Below are positions 9,545-19,032 of a stretch of DNA of 64,000 nucleotides, one piece after another. Source of the DNA: an uncultured Spirochaetota bacterium. Lineage in GTDB: Bacteria > Spirochaetota > Brevinematia > Brevinematales > JAOACQ01. Position numbers and translations under genes: made by a program. How positions within the stretch are numbered: position 1 is the stretch's first letter; every line of letters starts with the position of its first letter. Under the pieces are notes generated by a model, which saw nothing but the letters and a program-made list of their open reading frames with translations, had not been told where the DNA came from and did not search any database. Where the stretch lies: the NCBI GenBank assembly GCA_963835575.1, contig CAWIGG010000002.1, positions 608,001 to 672,000 on the forward strand, in the 5' to 3' direction.

Positions 9545-10309
9545 TTATTCTGATATCAGGCTTTTCCATGGGAGAGATTCCAGATAGCGCAGTTTTTCCC
9601 GCATTTTCGGATCGTTCACTTCATTGGCAAGCGGCGTGATGGAGACATAGCCGTCGTGGACGCTGTTCAGGTCGGAACCGTCGTTATGCCCGAAACCGGG
9701 CGGATCGCCGGTAATGGTCACATAAACTTTATCTTCTTTTTCTTCAACGATGATGTAATCTTTATAAACACGGTTGCCCAGATGGGTGATCTTAATGCCT
9801 TTTGCTTTTGGAAGATTGGGAAAATTGATATTGAGCATAATGTTTTCTTTAAGAATTCTCTTATCAAGATGGTCCAGCAGTTCGGAAATAAATTGGACCG
9901 GGTAGGTGAAATCCTTCACTTCCGTCCAGGCGTCAAGGGATGCCGCGATGGAAAATATATTGTTGAGGGCGCCTTCTCTCGCGCCGGCCACAGTTCCTGA
10001 ATAGAGGATATCATCGCCCATATTGGGGGCGTCATTGATGCCGGAAATGATAATATCGATTTTTATGTCTTTAAAAAAATGAGCGAGCGCGACTTTCACG
10101 CAATCGGCCGGCGTTCCGTTTACAGCATAGCTCTGAACGTCAAGCTTGATTGTTTCCATGGGCTTGAAAAGCGTTATGGCATGGCTTGATGCGCTCATCT
10201 CTTTCATGGGAGCGCAGAGAAAAACATTGTGTTTTATCAGGAGCTTTTCTTTAAGAAGAAGAATGCCTTGCGCTTGATAGCCGTCGTCATTAGTTAATAG
10301 AATATTCAT
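9545..10309 (-). CDS. surE: 5'/3'-nucleotidase SurE
   Basis: ILLTNDDG, GTPADCV, SGIN, YSGTVAGAREG, VSITPL. Confidence 0.96.
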   Translation of the reverse strand: MNILLTNDDGYQAQGILLLKEKLLIKHNVFLCAPMKEMSASSHAITLFKPMETIKLDVQSYAVNGTPADCVKVALAHFFKDIKIDIIISGINDAPNMGDDILYSGTVAGAREGALNNIFSIAASLDAWTEVKDFTYPVQFISELLDHLDKRILKENIMLNINFPNLPKAKGIKITHLGNRVYKDYIIVEEKEDKVYVTITGDPPGFGHNDGSDLNSVHDGYVSITPLANEVNDPKMREKLRYLESLPWKSLISE

Positions 10310-10339
10310 TAACTTTATTCTCCTTTCTTAAAATATGCT

Positions 10340-11020
10340 CTATTGTATATTCTGCCTGATGCTCACAAAGGAATCGGTAAACGGAATTTCCAGACGGATC
10401 AAAGTCTGTTTATCTTCTATATTGCCGATCCTGAATAGGCCCGGGTCTATGCCCAGCCCTTTCATAAGCATGATCACCAGGGCTATCCCCATTCCGGCCC
10501 CTTCCAGTTCATCACCCTGTTCAAGATAAAACTGCGCGATATCTTTATACTGCATGGCTTTTTTTAATTTTTCCCTCAGGCGCCTTTCCTCAATTTGAGT
10601 GATATGAGCGTTGTTAATCACTTCGATTTTGACGCCTTTATCATCATATTCAAAAACAACCTTGATCCAGTAATCATGATTTTTAAGGTTACTGAAATAC
10701 TTTATGTAAGAAGATTCCACCAGAAGGTTTTTAAATTTCAGCATTCCCGACAGGTATTGATTCTCATCGTCGATATTGAGATTGTTGAGTTCAAAAATAA
10801 CCCTCTTCAAATTGGCTTTTGCGGCATTGACAATCAGTTCCATCAGGCATGTGAGCAGTACACCGGCCAGTTCGGGTTTATTAAATTTTTCAAAAATAAT
10901 CTGAAGGGCTGTTTCCACTTCCTTTTCCACATCATCATCGGCTATGAAAAATTTCATGATATATGATTTGTTTCTGTCAATCTGTTCTTTTATAAAGCTG
11001 TAATTATTATTTTCCATCAT
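10340..11020 (-). CDS. Stand-alone GHKL/histidine-kinase-like ATPase domain protein
   Basis: ELIVNAAKAN (N-box) and EGAGMGIAL (G2-like). Start taken at MMENNN with AGGAGG RBS; the longer ORF overlaps thpR. Confidence 0.7.
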   Translation of the reverse strand: MMENNNYSFIKEQIDRNKSYIMKFFIADDDVEKEVETALQIIFEKFNKPELAGVLLTCLMELIVNAAKANLKRVIFELNNLNIDDENQYLSGMLKFKNLLVESSYIKYFSNLKNHDYWIKVVFEYDDKGVKIEVINNAHITQIEERRLREKLKKAMQYKDIAQFYLEQGDELEGAGMGIALVIMLMKGLGIDPGLFRIGNIEDKQTLIRLEIPFTDSFVSIRQNIQ

Positions 11021-11579
11021 TTTCCTCCTGGAAAGGGAATTCGGCGATCTTTGAATAAACCGGCCCGTTTTTTGTGAGCTCGCTTTTATAAAGGGCATAA
11101 TTTTCCGGAGAAAATCTGCCGAATTCTTCAGCGTTTGATCTTTTAAAAAACTGCGTCCAATCATTCTGTATTCGTCCTTTTATTCTTGCTATTGTGATAT
11201 GAGGATGAAATTCTCTTTCTTCAATGGGAAATCCGTATTGAGAGGCGGTTAATTCGATATTCTCATATAGTTCCTTCAGCCCGGTATTTTCCTCCACGCC
11301 GACCCAGGCGACTTTAGGGAAAATGATATTGGGAAAAGCGCCTGATGTTTTGATTGATAGAGAAGGTTTAACTGTTTTGATTTTTTTTAAATCGTTTATG
11401 ATTGAATCTACCGCCGCCTGATCAGTCTCGCCTAGAAATTTCAGCGTAATATGAAGATTCTCATCCTCGACATATTTAATATAATCACGCTGGATCTTTC
11501 TGCATCCGGAGATAAATCCGCTGATTTTATCCTTAATCTCAACAGGGATATCGATTGCGAAAAAAGCACGCATACCCAT
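11007..11579 (-). CDS. thpR: RNA 2',3'-cyclic phosphodiesterase (2H family)
   Basis: RAFFAI and two HxT motifs (LHITL, PHITI). Confidence 0.93.
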   Translation of the reverse strand: MGMRAFFAIDIPVEIKDKISGFISGCRKIQRDYIKYVEDENLHITLKFLGETDQAAVDSIINDLKKIKTVKPSLSIKTSGAFPNIIFPKVAWVGVEENTGLKELYENIELTASQYGFPIEEREFHPHITIARIKGRIQNDWTQFFKRSNAEEFGRFSPENYALYKSELTKNGPVYSKIAEFPFQEENDGK

Positions 11580-11583
11580 GTTC

Positions 11584-12297
11584 CTACTTTTTTTTCAGGA
11601 GAATTTCTTTCAGCCTGCTGCCGTCAGCCTTCAGTATTTCAAAATAAAAACTTCCGTAATATATTGTTTCTCCGGCTTTGGGGATATAGCCGAATTTCTC
11701 GAGGATAAAACCGCCTATGGTCTCATAGGTTTTTGAATTGATTTTTGTTTTAAAAAGATCGTTGAACTCTTCCAGGCTCATCTGCGGAAACAGGATAAAT
11801 TCGTTCTTTTTGATCATTTTAAAGTTCTGTTTTTTTTCTTTATCATACTCATCGCTGATATCGCCTACAATTTCTTCCAGAATATCTTCCATGCTGATAA
11901 TCCCGACCATTGTCCCGTATTCGTCGACAACAATAGCGATATGGACCCGTTCTTCCCTGAAAAGCGAGAGAAGCTCGCTGGCTTTTTTATTCTCAGAAAC
12001 AAAGAGCGGTTTTCTGAGGATCTTTGTGATATCGAAATTTACTTCTATGCTTTTAAAGAACTGGAGAAGGTCTTTGACATACAGGATGCCAATGATATTA
12101 TCTATTTTCTGAAAAAAAACAGGAAAGCGTGAATGCCCGTCCGCGATCACGGTTTCAATAATCTCTGTAAAAGAATTGTTCTTATTTATAAGGACCACAT
12201 TGCTTCGGGGTATCATGATATCGGATACCTCAATTTTTGATAGTTCATCTAAGATCACCTTTCTGCTCATTATCTTTTCCTTAGATGAAACATCCAT
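11584..12297 (-). CDS. CBS-pair + CorC/HlyC domain protein
   Basis: DIMIPR, GHSRFPV, VVDEYG..G..SMEDILEEIVGDI.DEYD, TIGGF. Confidence 0.92.
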   Translation of the reverse strand: MDVSSKEKIMSRKVILDELSKIEVSDIMIPRSNVVLINKNNSFTEIIETVIADGHSRFPVFFQKIDNIIGILYVKDLLQFFKSIEVNFDITKILRKPLFVSENKKASELLSLFREERVHIAIVVDEYGTMVGIISMEDILEEIVGDISDEYDKEKKQNFKMIKKNEFILFPQMSLEEFNDLFKTKINSKTYETIGGFILEKFGYIPKAGETIYYGSFYFEILKADGSRLKEILLKKK

Positions 12298-12354
12298 CCA
12301 AACCTCCCGAGTCTTTATTGAAAAGTTAATAACAGTAAATTAAAAAGTCAAAAA

Positions 12355-12526
12355 GGCAGTTCCATAAACTTTGGGTTTTGGAACTACTGCTAGAGTGCTG
12401 AGTTTTGCAGCCGCTGCGTATGCTGCGCATACTTTACGCGGCAGCGTCTTTTTCATTCACTTTAAGCTTTATATTATCGGGCAGTTCCAAAACTTGTTTA
12501 TCGAACCACGAGTTTTGGAACTGCCC
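12355..12526. repeat. Three-hairpin intergenic repeat with GGGCAGTTCCAAAA...TTTTGGAACTGCCC end hairpins
   Basis: Two terminal hairpins plus a central palindrome; second copy of the same architecture at 40519-40680. Confidence 0.8.
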
Positions 12527-13345
12527 TTAAATCGCTTTGTCCGGCGTCATTTCAAAATTGCCTTTTCCCTGCAGTGAGAGAATATAGCTGAAAAACCCCT
12601 GTTTAAGCGTCAGATTGAAATTGATCTGTATATTTCCTTTTTTACTTATCAGCTGTTGAAGCATCATATTAAAATTGTCTTCAAAATCTACCGTGATATT
12701 ACCGACCGGCTGGGGTTCAACTGTATTGCTGAAATCCTCTTTTGTATAAGAGAGGAACTGGATCTGATTATTAATTATAAGGCTGTCATTCTGGACGTCC
12801 TTGATCCCCCAATTATGCTTGTAAACGATAACGATTTCCTGTTTATCATATCTGGCGGGAAAGTTTGTCATTTCGCTTTTCCCTTTCCAGATTCCTTCTT
12901 CATCCGAAAAGTCGGGGAAAATCAGGCTGGCGTAAGCATTCAACCCGAGAACAGGATTATTGTTCACAACGACAGTGGGTCTGCCTTTTGTCGTCAGGTA
13001 AAAGCTGCCGAGCCAGTTCCTGATATAGATCAGCCCGAATTCGAAAAAGGCCGTTGTCGCGGTATCGGCGCCTTCAAGTTCATGGTTTTTAATATCGAAT
13101 TGAATTTTATATCCGGCCGCGTTCGTTTCAACCGCTTTTATTTCAATATCCGCGGTGAAAACGACCTGTCCGGAATATATGAGCGGCCCGGCCTTCATAT
13201 CCAGCTGGCAGTCGGCCTTTAATTTATAAGGATAGACTTTACCCAGTTCAAAACGGTAGGCCGGTTTCATTTCCTTTTTGACCGCTCCGCATGAGACGAG
13301 GAGCAGTATTACGCTAATTCCTGTAGCGAGCCATTTGATTTTCAT
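12527..13345 (-). CDS. Hypothetical lipoprotein
   Basis: MKIKWLATGISVILLLVSC lipobox-type signal; overlaps the end of proS. Confidence 0.7.
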   Translation of the reverse strand: MKIKWLATGISVILLLVSCGAVKKEMKPAYRFELGKVYPYKLKADCQLDMKAGPLIYSGQVVFTADIEIKAVETNAAGYKIQFDIKNHELEGADTATTAFFEFGLIYIRNWLGSFYLTTKGRPTVVVNNNPVLGLNAYASLIFPDFSDEEGIWKGKSEMTNFPARYDKQEIVIVYKHNWGIKDVQNDSLIINNQIQFLSYTKEDFSNTVEPQPVGNITVDFEDNFNMMLQQLISKKGNIQINFNLTLKQGFFSYILSLQGKGNFEMTPDKAI

Positions 13346-15035
13346 ACATTTCTCCAATACGCTTTTGCACAGAATCCATGGGTATGAATTCTTTTTCCGT
13401 GCTATGGCGTTCTTTTATTTCAAGCTTACCTTCTTCCTTAAAACTTTTACCGATGGTGACGCGGATGGGTATGCCGGTCAGGTCGGCGTCTTTGAATTTT
13501 ACGCCCGGCCTTTCGTTCCTGTCGTCAATAAGCACCTCGTGAATTTTAGAAAGATCTTCATATAATTTCTCCGCTGTTTTCATCAGATCGCCGTCTTCCG
13601 TATTGATCGGTATGATGATGACGGCAAAAGGAGCGATACTCATCGGCCATATAATGCCGTTTTCATCATGGCTCTGCTCGATGACGCTGGCCAGCGTCCT
13701 GCCTACGCCGATCCCGTAGCTGCCCATGATCGGATAGACTTCCTTGCCTTCGGGGTCCAGCACCTTGACATTCATGGCATGCGTGTATTTATAACCGAGC
13801 TTGAAAATATGGCCGACTTCGATGCCCTTGTAGGACTCGAGTTTTTTCCCGCACTCCGGGCATTTATCCCCGCTTTTGACAAGGCGGATATCTTTTATGA
13901 CGCCCAGGGCGAAATCCCTTCCCGGGTTCACATTGATCAGATGATAGTCCTTTTTATTGGCGCCTGTGATGCCGTTGACAATATACTGCACGCTTTCATC
14001 GGATACGATGGTGATATTTTTCAGTCCGACCGGCGAAGCGAAACCGACCGGCGCGCCGGTAACTTTTAATATGGTTTCCTCATCGGAGAGTTCCAATTCG
14101 GCGCACTGCAGGGCGTTCTTCAGCTTGACCTCGTTTATGGAGAGGTCTCCCCGGATGACGGCCATAACGGGCTTTCCGTCCGCCATATATATTATGGATT
14201 TAATAAAGATTTCAGGGGATGTTTTAAAGAATTCAGTCAGTTCCTCAATGGTTTTGGTATCGGGCGTATGCGCCTCTTCTATCTTTTTCGGGCTGCCGTC
14301 CGGTTTTTTAAAATCCATGGAGGAAGCCGCCCTTTCGGCATTGGCCACATAATGGCATGAAGAGCATTTGATGATCTCTTCCTCGCCGATGGTTGAGGCG
14401 ACCATAAATTCTTCCGAAACGGAGCCGCCCATGGCGCCCGTGTCGGCGAGAACCGGCATAACTTCGAGGCCGCAGCGGTGGAAGATCCTCCGGTAAGCGG
14501 CGCGCATCGATCCATAATTTTTATCGAGTCCCGCCTCGTCCATATCGAAGGAATAGGCGTCCTTCATGATGAATTCCCGGCAGCGCATAATGCCGTAGCG
14601 GGGGCGTATCTCGTCCCTGAATTTTGTGTTGATCTGGTAGAGATTTAAGGGCAGGTCCCTGTAGGAATGAACATTTTCCTTTACGATGGCCGTAAATGCC
14701 TCTTCATGCGTCGGGCCGAGGACCATGTCGTTTTCATGCCGGTCCTTTAAGCGCATCATTTCCTTCCCCATCTTCTCATAACGCCCGCTTTCCTGCCAGA
14801 GCTCAGCCGGCGTAAGAATGGGGGGGAGAAGCTCCTGCGCTCCGGCCGCGTTCATTTCCTCGCGGACGATCTGAATGATCTTCAGAACGGCGCGCTGGCC
14901 GAGCGGCAGGAATGTATAGAGGCCGGCGCCCATTTTTCTCATCAGGCCGGCCCTCATCATGAGAATATGAGAGTCAATTTCCGCGTCCTTCGGGGTTTCC
15001 CTCAGGGTGGGAAGAAGAAGCTTGGATAAGCGCAT
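13314..15035 (-). CDS. proS: Proline--tRNA ligase (with INS editing domain)
   Basis: MRLSK..PTLRETP, LGPTHEE, FRDEIRPRYG.MR.REF, GIEVGHIFKLG, MGSYGIG; start at ATG 15035 with GGAG RBS. Confidence 0.98.
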   Translation of the reverse strand: MRLSKLLLPTLRETPKDAEIDSHILMMRAGLMRKMGAGLYTFLPLGQRAVLKIIQIVREEMNAAGAQELLPPILTPAELWQESGRYEKMGKEMMRLKDRHENDMVLGPTHEEAFTAIVKENVHSYRDLPLNLYQINTKFRDEIRPRYGIMRCREFIMKDAYSFDMDEAGLDKNYGSMRAAYRRIFHRCGLEVMPVLADTGAMGGSVSEEFMVASTIGEEEIIKCSSCHYVANAERAASSMDFKKPDGSPKKIEEAHTPDTKTIEELTEFFKTSPEIFIKSIIYMADGKPVMAVIRGDLSINEVKLKNALQCAELELSDEETILKVTGAPVGFASPVGLKNITIVSDESVQYIVNGITGANKKDYHLINVNPGRDFALGVIKDIRLVKSGDKCPECGKKLESYKGIEVGHIFKLGYKYTHAMNVKVLDPEGKEVYPIMGSYGIGVGRTLASVIEQSHDENGIIWPMSIAPFAVIIIPINTEDGDLMKTAEKLYEDLSKIHEVLIDDRNERPGVKFKDADLTGIPIRVTIGKSFKEEGKLEIKERHSTEKEFIPMDSVQKRIGEMYENQMARYRN

Positions 15036-15229
15036 TGTAAAACTCCTTTGAATGTTTTGTGGAATGGACAAACAACTTGGTGATATTCTATAACCATAAA
15101 ATTTTAAGAGGAAAAGCATTTTTATTCAATAAAACAGGGGATAACAGTGGATTATGCTGATTATTGATCATCTATAAACACAGAAAGGAAGGAATCATAT
15201 GCCCAGGTTTAATATGCTAAAGCATGTCT

Positions 15230-15730
15230 TTATGTTTCTTTCGGCTCTTTCACTTCCGTGTCTCTTTCCCAGCCTTCATTCTGTATTACTATTCGTTCAA
15301 TGGCTATAGCGTTACAATTGGCATCAAGATCCACCATGGCTTCATATTCCGATACCCAGCATCTATAGATTATATAAGAATGGACAAGAGCGCCCTGTTC
15401 ATTAAATAAATCGATGTTGATGTCTTTTCTGTAATTTTTGAGAGACATGGCAGAATCGCCGGCCATATTATGTACAAAATTTGCCCAGTCTTCAAAAGCT
15501 GTATCCTGTGTGATACCGCGTTCCAGAATGATGGGACTGTATTCAGTCGTACCGGGTGAACGGCGGAGCAGGCTGGGGTCACCTCCCTCCCTGTGGCAGA
15601 TTACTTCAGTTGTTCTTTTCAAGCCGCTTATTTTTGATACGCCGATCACATATTTTCCATCCCAATTGACCTTGAATTTAAAATTTTTGTAGGGATCAAA
15701 ACGGTGCGTATTAACTGGGAACCCAGACAT
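15230..15730 (-). CDS. Phage/contractile-injection-system tail tube protein (T4 gp19-like, Afp1/5-type)
   Basis: RFDPYKNFKFKV.WDG, SGL....E...HREGG, PG.T.Y.PI.LERG.T.D..F..W, RCWVSEY, IE......EGWERD; GGAGG RBS. Confidence 0.92.
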   Translation of the reverse strand: MSGFPVNTHRFDPYKNFKFKVNWDGKYVIGVSKISGLKRTTEVICHREGGDPSLLRRSPGTTEYSPIILERGITQDTAFEDWANFVHNMAGDSAMSLKNYRKDINIDLFNEQGALVHSYIIYRCWVSEYEAMVDLDANCNAIAIERIVIQNEGWERDTEVKEPKET

Positions 15731-15779
15731 ACAGCCCTCCTTAATTAATTTTATCCATATGATCGACTTTTTTATCTAT

Positions 15780-17545
15780 GGCCCTGCTGAAAAAATTCAA
15801 ACACAAGCATAGGGGATATTCCGGCAAATTTTCAACCGCACAAGGAAAAAGATTAAGAAATCAAAGGCCATGTCGGCGGCAGCCTTCGATTTATCAGCCA
15901 AATAGCCCCGATATCTCTTGAAATTAATCCCGATTCCCCTTAAAAGCATGCGGGTTTTGACTTTTACCAGACCACGGAACAAAATCCTGCCGCTCAAATA
16001 CTTTGGTTTCAATAAACTCATCAATCCTTCTACGGCAGGGCGTAGTCCCATCAGAAATTTTCCTGCATCCATACATATCAATTCCAAAAATTCATCCATC
16101 CATTCCCTTTTGGCGTCTATTACCAGCCGACTTTGCTTCTTGCCGACACAGGCCAGACAATTTTCTTTCTTATCGCAGGCGGCACATTTTTTTACATCAA
16201 AATTCAATACCACGGAACCATCTTCATTTTCAATAATGCTATTCGGGATTTCTCCCGCCGGACACATCCCATATTTGCCGGTTTTTGGGTCTGTATACTC
16301 AGAAAGTTTCGCTTTGTTTTTTATCCCTTCCAGATCGACGCCGCGTATCGCGCTCATTACCAGTTGAACGTCTTCGCCGCTCTCATTCCGAAGGTCTTCA
16401 GAATTATAACCGCCATCGCTTATCGCTGTTTCAATATTCGTTTCCTTTTTTAAATTAGATAGTTGCCTGCGGAATAAATCCCCATCGTCAGCATTATTCG
16501 ATGCGGTTTCTATGCTGGTAATCACCTGCATCGGATTTTGAGGGTCACAGGTTTCAACCGCGTTCACCTTATACCCGACATACTGTTTTCCCCGCTTCTC
16601 CCGGTAGGTCGCGTCTTCGTCCACCGGCGACTGCATCGATGAGGCTTTGATTTCCCGCGGCAGCTTCAGCGTCACCTTGCCTTCTTTTTCTATCCGGCAT
16701 TGTTCCCGCAAAAGTCTCATTGCCTGCCGGAAACTCTTTTGTTTCCTGACTTTATTGTGAAACACGTTCTCTGTAATCAGCCCGAATATTTCCTCGCCAA
16801 TTTCCACCGTTTTCGATTCGTAATTCTCCTTTTTCAGTCGATAACTGAATCCGTCCTCATTTTGTTTTAGAAAATCCTTACATCTTTCACTTAAGGAAAA
16901 TCCAGCATTGGAAACATCTTCCGCCATATTGGACAACACTTTATGAAACAGCATAACCCGATTCAGCCGCTTGATATTGGCCCCAATCATTACAGAATCT
17001 GTCCTCTGCAGTCCGGTTTTGATCCCGACCTCTCCAATTAAAAGATCCCGAAACTCATCAAATATAACGTCAAAAAGCCCGTCCTGATTCTCCGCCACAG
17101 CGGCACGAAAATAGTATAACGTCCTGATCGACATCTGCTGCGCGTTGATGTCTTCCAATCCCAGCGCGTATCGAAACGATAAATCATATCGATACCGCTC
17201 AAACAACTGTTCATCGGTCAGAGAGAATAGCTCTTTCATGATTTCCAGCCCGGCTAATATGTTGACCGGGAAATTACTCCTACCAAGTTTTGGGTCATAT
17301 AGTGGAGCAAACTTCCGCTCATTTATTTTTGAGAAAACTTTCTGGTAAAAAAGCCCGGCCCAGCTTTCATTTAAACTTTCTCTCATTTCCTGGTTCATTT
17401 CATATCTTACCGGATATAAATCCTGTTCTATATGTCTCTGATTCAGCTTGAACATTTTGACCTCTCTCTGATTCATGTGCATATATTATAACGAGTTATG
17501 CAACTTTTGTACATGAATCGGTAGGATTGTTTTTGCAGTAGGGCC
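15780..17545 (-). mobile_element. IS1182/IS5-like insertion sequence
   Basis: IRs ggccctgctgaaaaaa (15780-15795) / tttttgcagtagggcc (17530-17545), 14/16 match; 6-bp direct repeat ATCTAT at 15774-15779 and 17546-17551. Confidence 0.88.
15797..17455 (-). CDS. DDE transposase (IS1182-like)
   Basis: LGRSNFP N-terminal region, RTDS (D1), SPVDEDATYREK, GYKV, DGGY (D2), Cys-rich insertion, LRPAVE (E); start may be 17482. Confidence 0.9.
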   Translation of the reverse strand: MFKLNQRHIEQDLYPVRYEMNQEMRESLNESWAGLFYQKVFSKINERKFAPLYDPKLGRSNFPVNILAGLEIMKELFSLTDEQLFERYRYDLSFRYALGLEDINAQQMSIRTLYYFRAAVAENQDGLFDVIFDEFRDLLIGEVGIKTGLQRTDSVMIGANIKRLNRVMLFHKVLSNMAEDVSNAGFSLSERCKDFLKQNEDGFSYRLKKENYESKTVEIGEEIFGLITENVFHNKVRKQKSFRQAMRLLREQCRIEKEGKVTLKLPREIKASSMQSPVDEDATYREKRGKQYVGYKVNAVETCDPQNPMQVITSIETASNNADDGDLFRRQLSNLKKETNIETAISDGGYNSEDLRNESGEDVQLVMSAIRGVDLEGIKNKAKLSEYTDPKTGKYGMCPAGEIPNSIIENEDGSVVLNFDVKKCAACDKKENCLACVGKKQSRLVIDAKREWMDEFLELICMDAGKFLMGLRPAVEGLMSLLKPKYLSGRILFRGLVKVKTRMLLRGIGINFKRYRGYLADKSKAAADMAFDFLIFFLVRLKICRNIPYACV

Positions 17546-17606
17546 ATCTATATTTATTAATAAATATCCTTGAAAAATCGGCGTAACAATATATAATATA
17601 ATCTGG

Positions 17607-18941
17607 ATGGTTGGAAGCGTGAAATTTTTGAAAATTTTCATTATCATACTTTTATGTGCCGCATCTTGCCTGATTTTCAGATTAGAAGGCTTCTCTATTA
17701 CAATATCTATAGACGGAATTAATGATTTTGACATGACTTCCAATGTAATTCTCACTTCCACTCCGGGTTATACTAACTGGATAACCTGGGACGATAATTA
17801 CCTGTACATAGGCTATTTCGGGACCGGTCTGGCGGACAATCTCGCTTCGACTATGCTCATAGCGTATTTTTCAACAAATACAAACAGCGGCGGCGCTTAC
17901 GGAGCTGTCTTTGACTCCCAGGGAGCGGTCCTGCCTTACAGGGCGGATTTTCTGTTCAGGTATGATACGACATATTCCTGGGACAGCGCCGTCTGGAACG
18001 GAACGGGATGGAACTGGAGCAGTCCATTCTCAATTACGCCTTCTTCCGATTTGATGACAAACGGCAGCTACCTGGAATTCCGCATATCAAGAGCGAACCT
18101 CGGCAATTCTCCGTACCTGGACTGTAATCTTTATATGGTAAAACCTTCAGGAATGTTCGGGGCTGTCCCGAATGTATCTTTTTCAGACGGCTTCGGCAGT
18201 TATATCAATACTTTTCTAAACTTCGGGACTGATTTCACGGAATCGAATATTATCAGTTCAAACGCAATTTATGAGGTTGTTGATACAAATCCGGTACTTT
18301 CTAATACTGTTTTATTTCCTTCAAACGGTCAAACGAATGTCTGGGGCGAACGGATCACGCTGACAAATTTCGCATGGCAGGCCATAGGCCTGAGGAATAT
18401 TTCTTATTATACCAATAATCATTATATGTTTACGATTTCCATTACGAATTATGAATCGAATTTTACCTGGGATATTGATACAAATGCTTTTCCGCCCGGC
18501 ACTTATGACATCTATTCCATGGCGAGCAATACTTCGGGCGGATTATCGTCCGCAACCAACACTTTTGTGATTTTATCAGCCCCCGATCTGGTAATCATTA
18601 AAACCGTTGATAACATCCAGCTCGGTTCCACTAATTTCAGCTGGCCGGGAGCGCTGATTCTATATAAAATCATGTACTCCAACCAGGGTGACGGATACGC
18701 GACAAATGTTGTCCTGTTTGAAAAGATTCCGGAGCATTCCACGTATTATACCAATTATCTCGGGGCTGCCACAACCGGCTGGGAAACCCAGTATGCGCAT
18801 ATTGATAATCCCGACCAGAGCTATGGTTCAACAGATTATGACAGCGACAATACGGGCGTCAAATGGGTCCGGTGGAGGAAAACAAGCATAGCTTCGGATG
18901 AAGATGACAGGACCATTTATCTGGGAGTAACTATTGATTAG
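17607..18941 (+). CDS. Secreted protein: carbohydrate-binding/DOMON-like N-terminus, Ig-like domain, C-terminal DUF11 domain
   Basis: Signal peptide; ISIDG...TWDDNYLYIG, LEFRISR; PDLVIIKTVD...PG..ILYKI.YSNQG...ATNVVL.EKIP (DUF11 pattern). Confidence 0.7.
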   Translation: MVGSVKFLKIFIIILLCAASCLIFRLEGFSITISIDGINDFDMTSNVILTSTPGYTNWITWDDNYLYIGYFGTGLADNLASTMLIAYFSTNTNSGGAYGAVFDSQGAVLPYRADFLFRYDTTYSWDSAVWNGTGWNWSSPFSITPSSDLMTNGSYLEFRISRANLGNSPYLDCNLYMVKPSGMFGAVPNVSFSDGFGSYINTFLNFGTDFTESNIISSNAIYEVVDTNPVLSNTVLFPSNGQTNVWGERITLTNFAWQAIGLRNISYYTNNHYMFTISITNYESNFTWDIDTNAFPPGTYDIYSMASNTSGGLSSATNTFVILSAPDLVIIKTVDNIQLGSTNFSWPGALILYKIMYSNQGDGYATNVVLFEKIPEHSTYYTNYLGAATTGWETQYAHIDNPDQSYGSTDYDSDNTGVKWVRWRKTSIASDEDDRTIYLGVTID

Positions 18942-19032
18942 CAATGAAATTGTACTTTGATATTGAAGATTCCGATAAATGAATTTTAATATTGGAATAG
19001 AAGTTAAAATTAAATTGAATATAAGGGAAATT

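Noticed and set aside
15036..15229. T-box leader upstream of proS
   Set aside because: No T-box consensus or specifier stem recognisable
15230..17545. Prophage
   Set aside because: Only one tail-tube gene; no integrase, capsid, terminase or att sites seen
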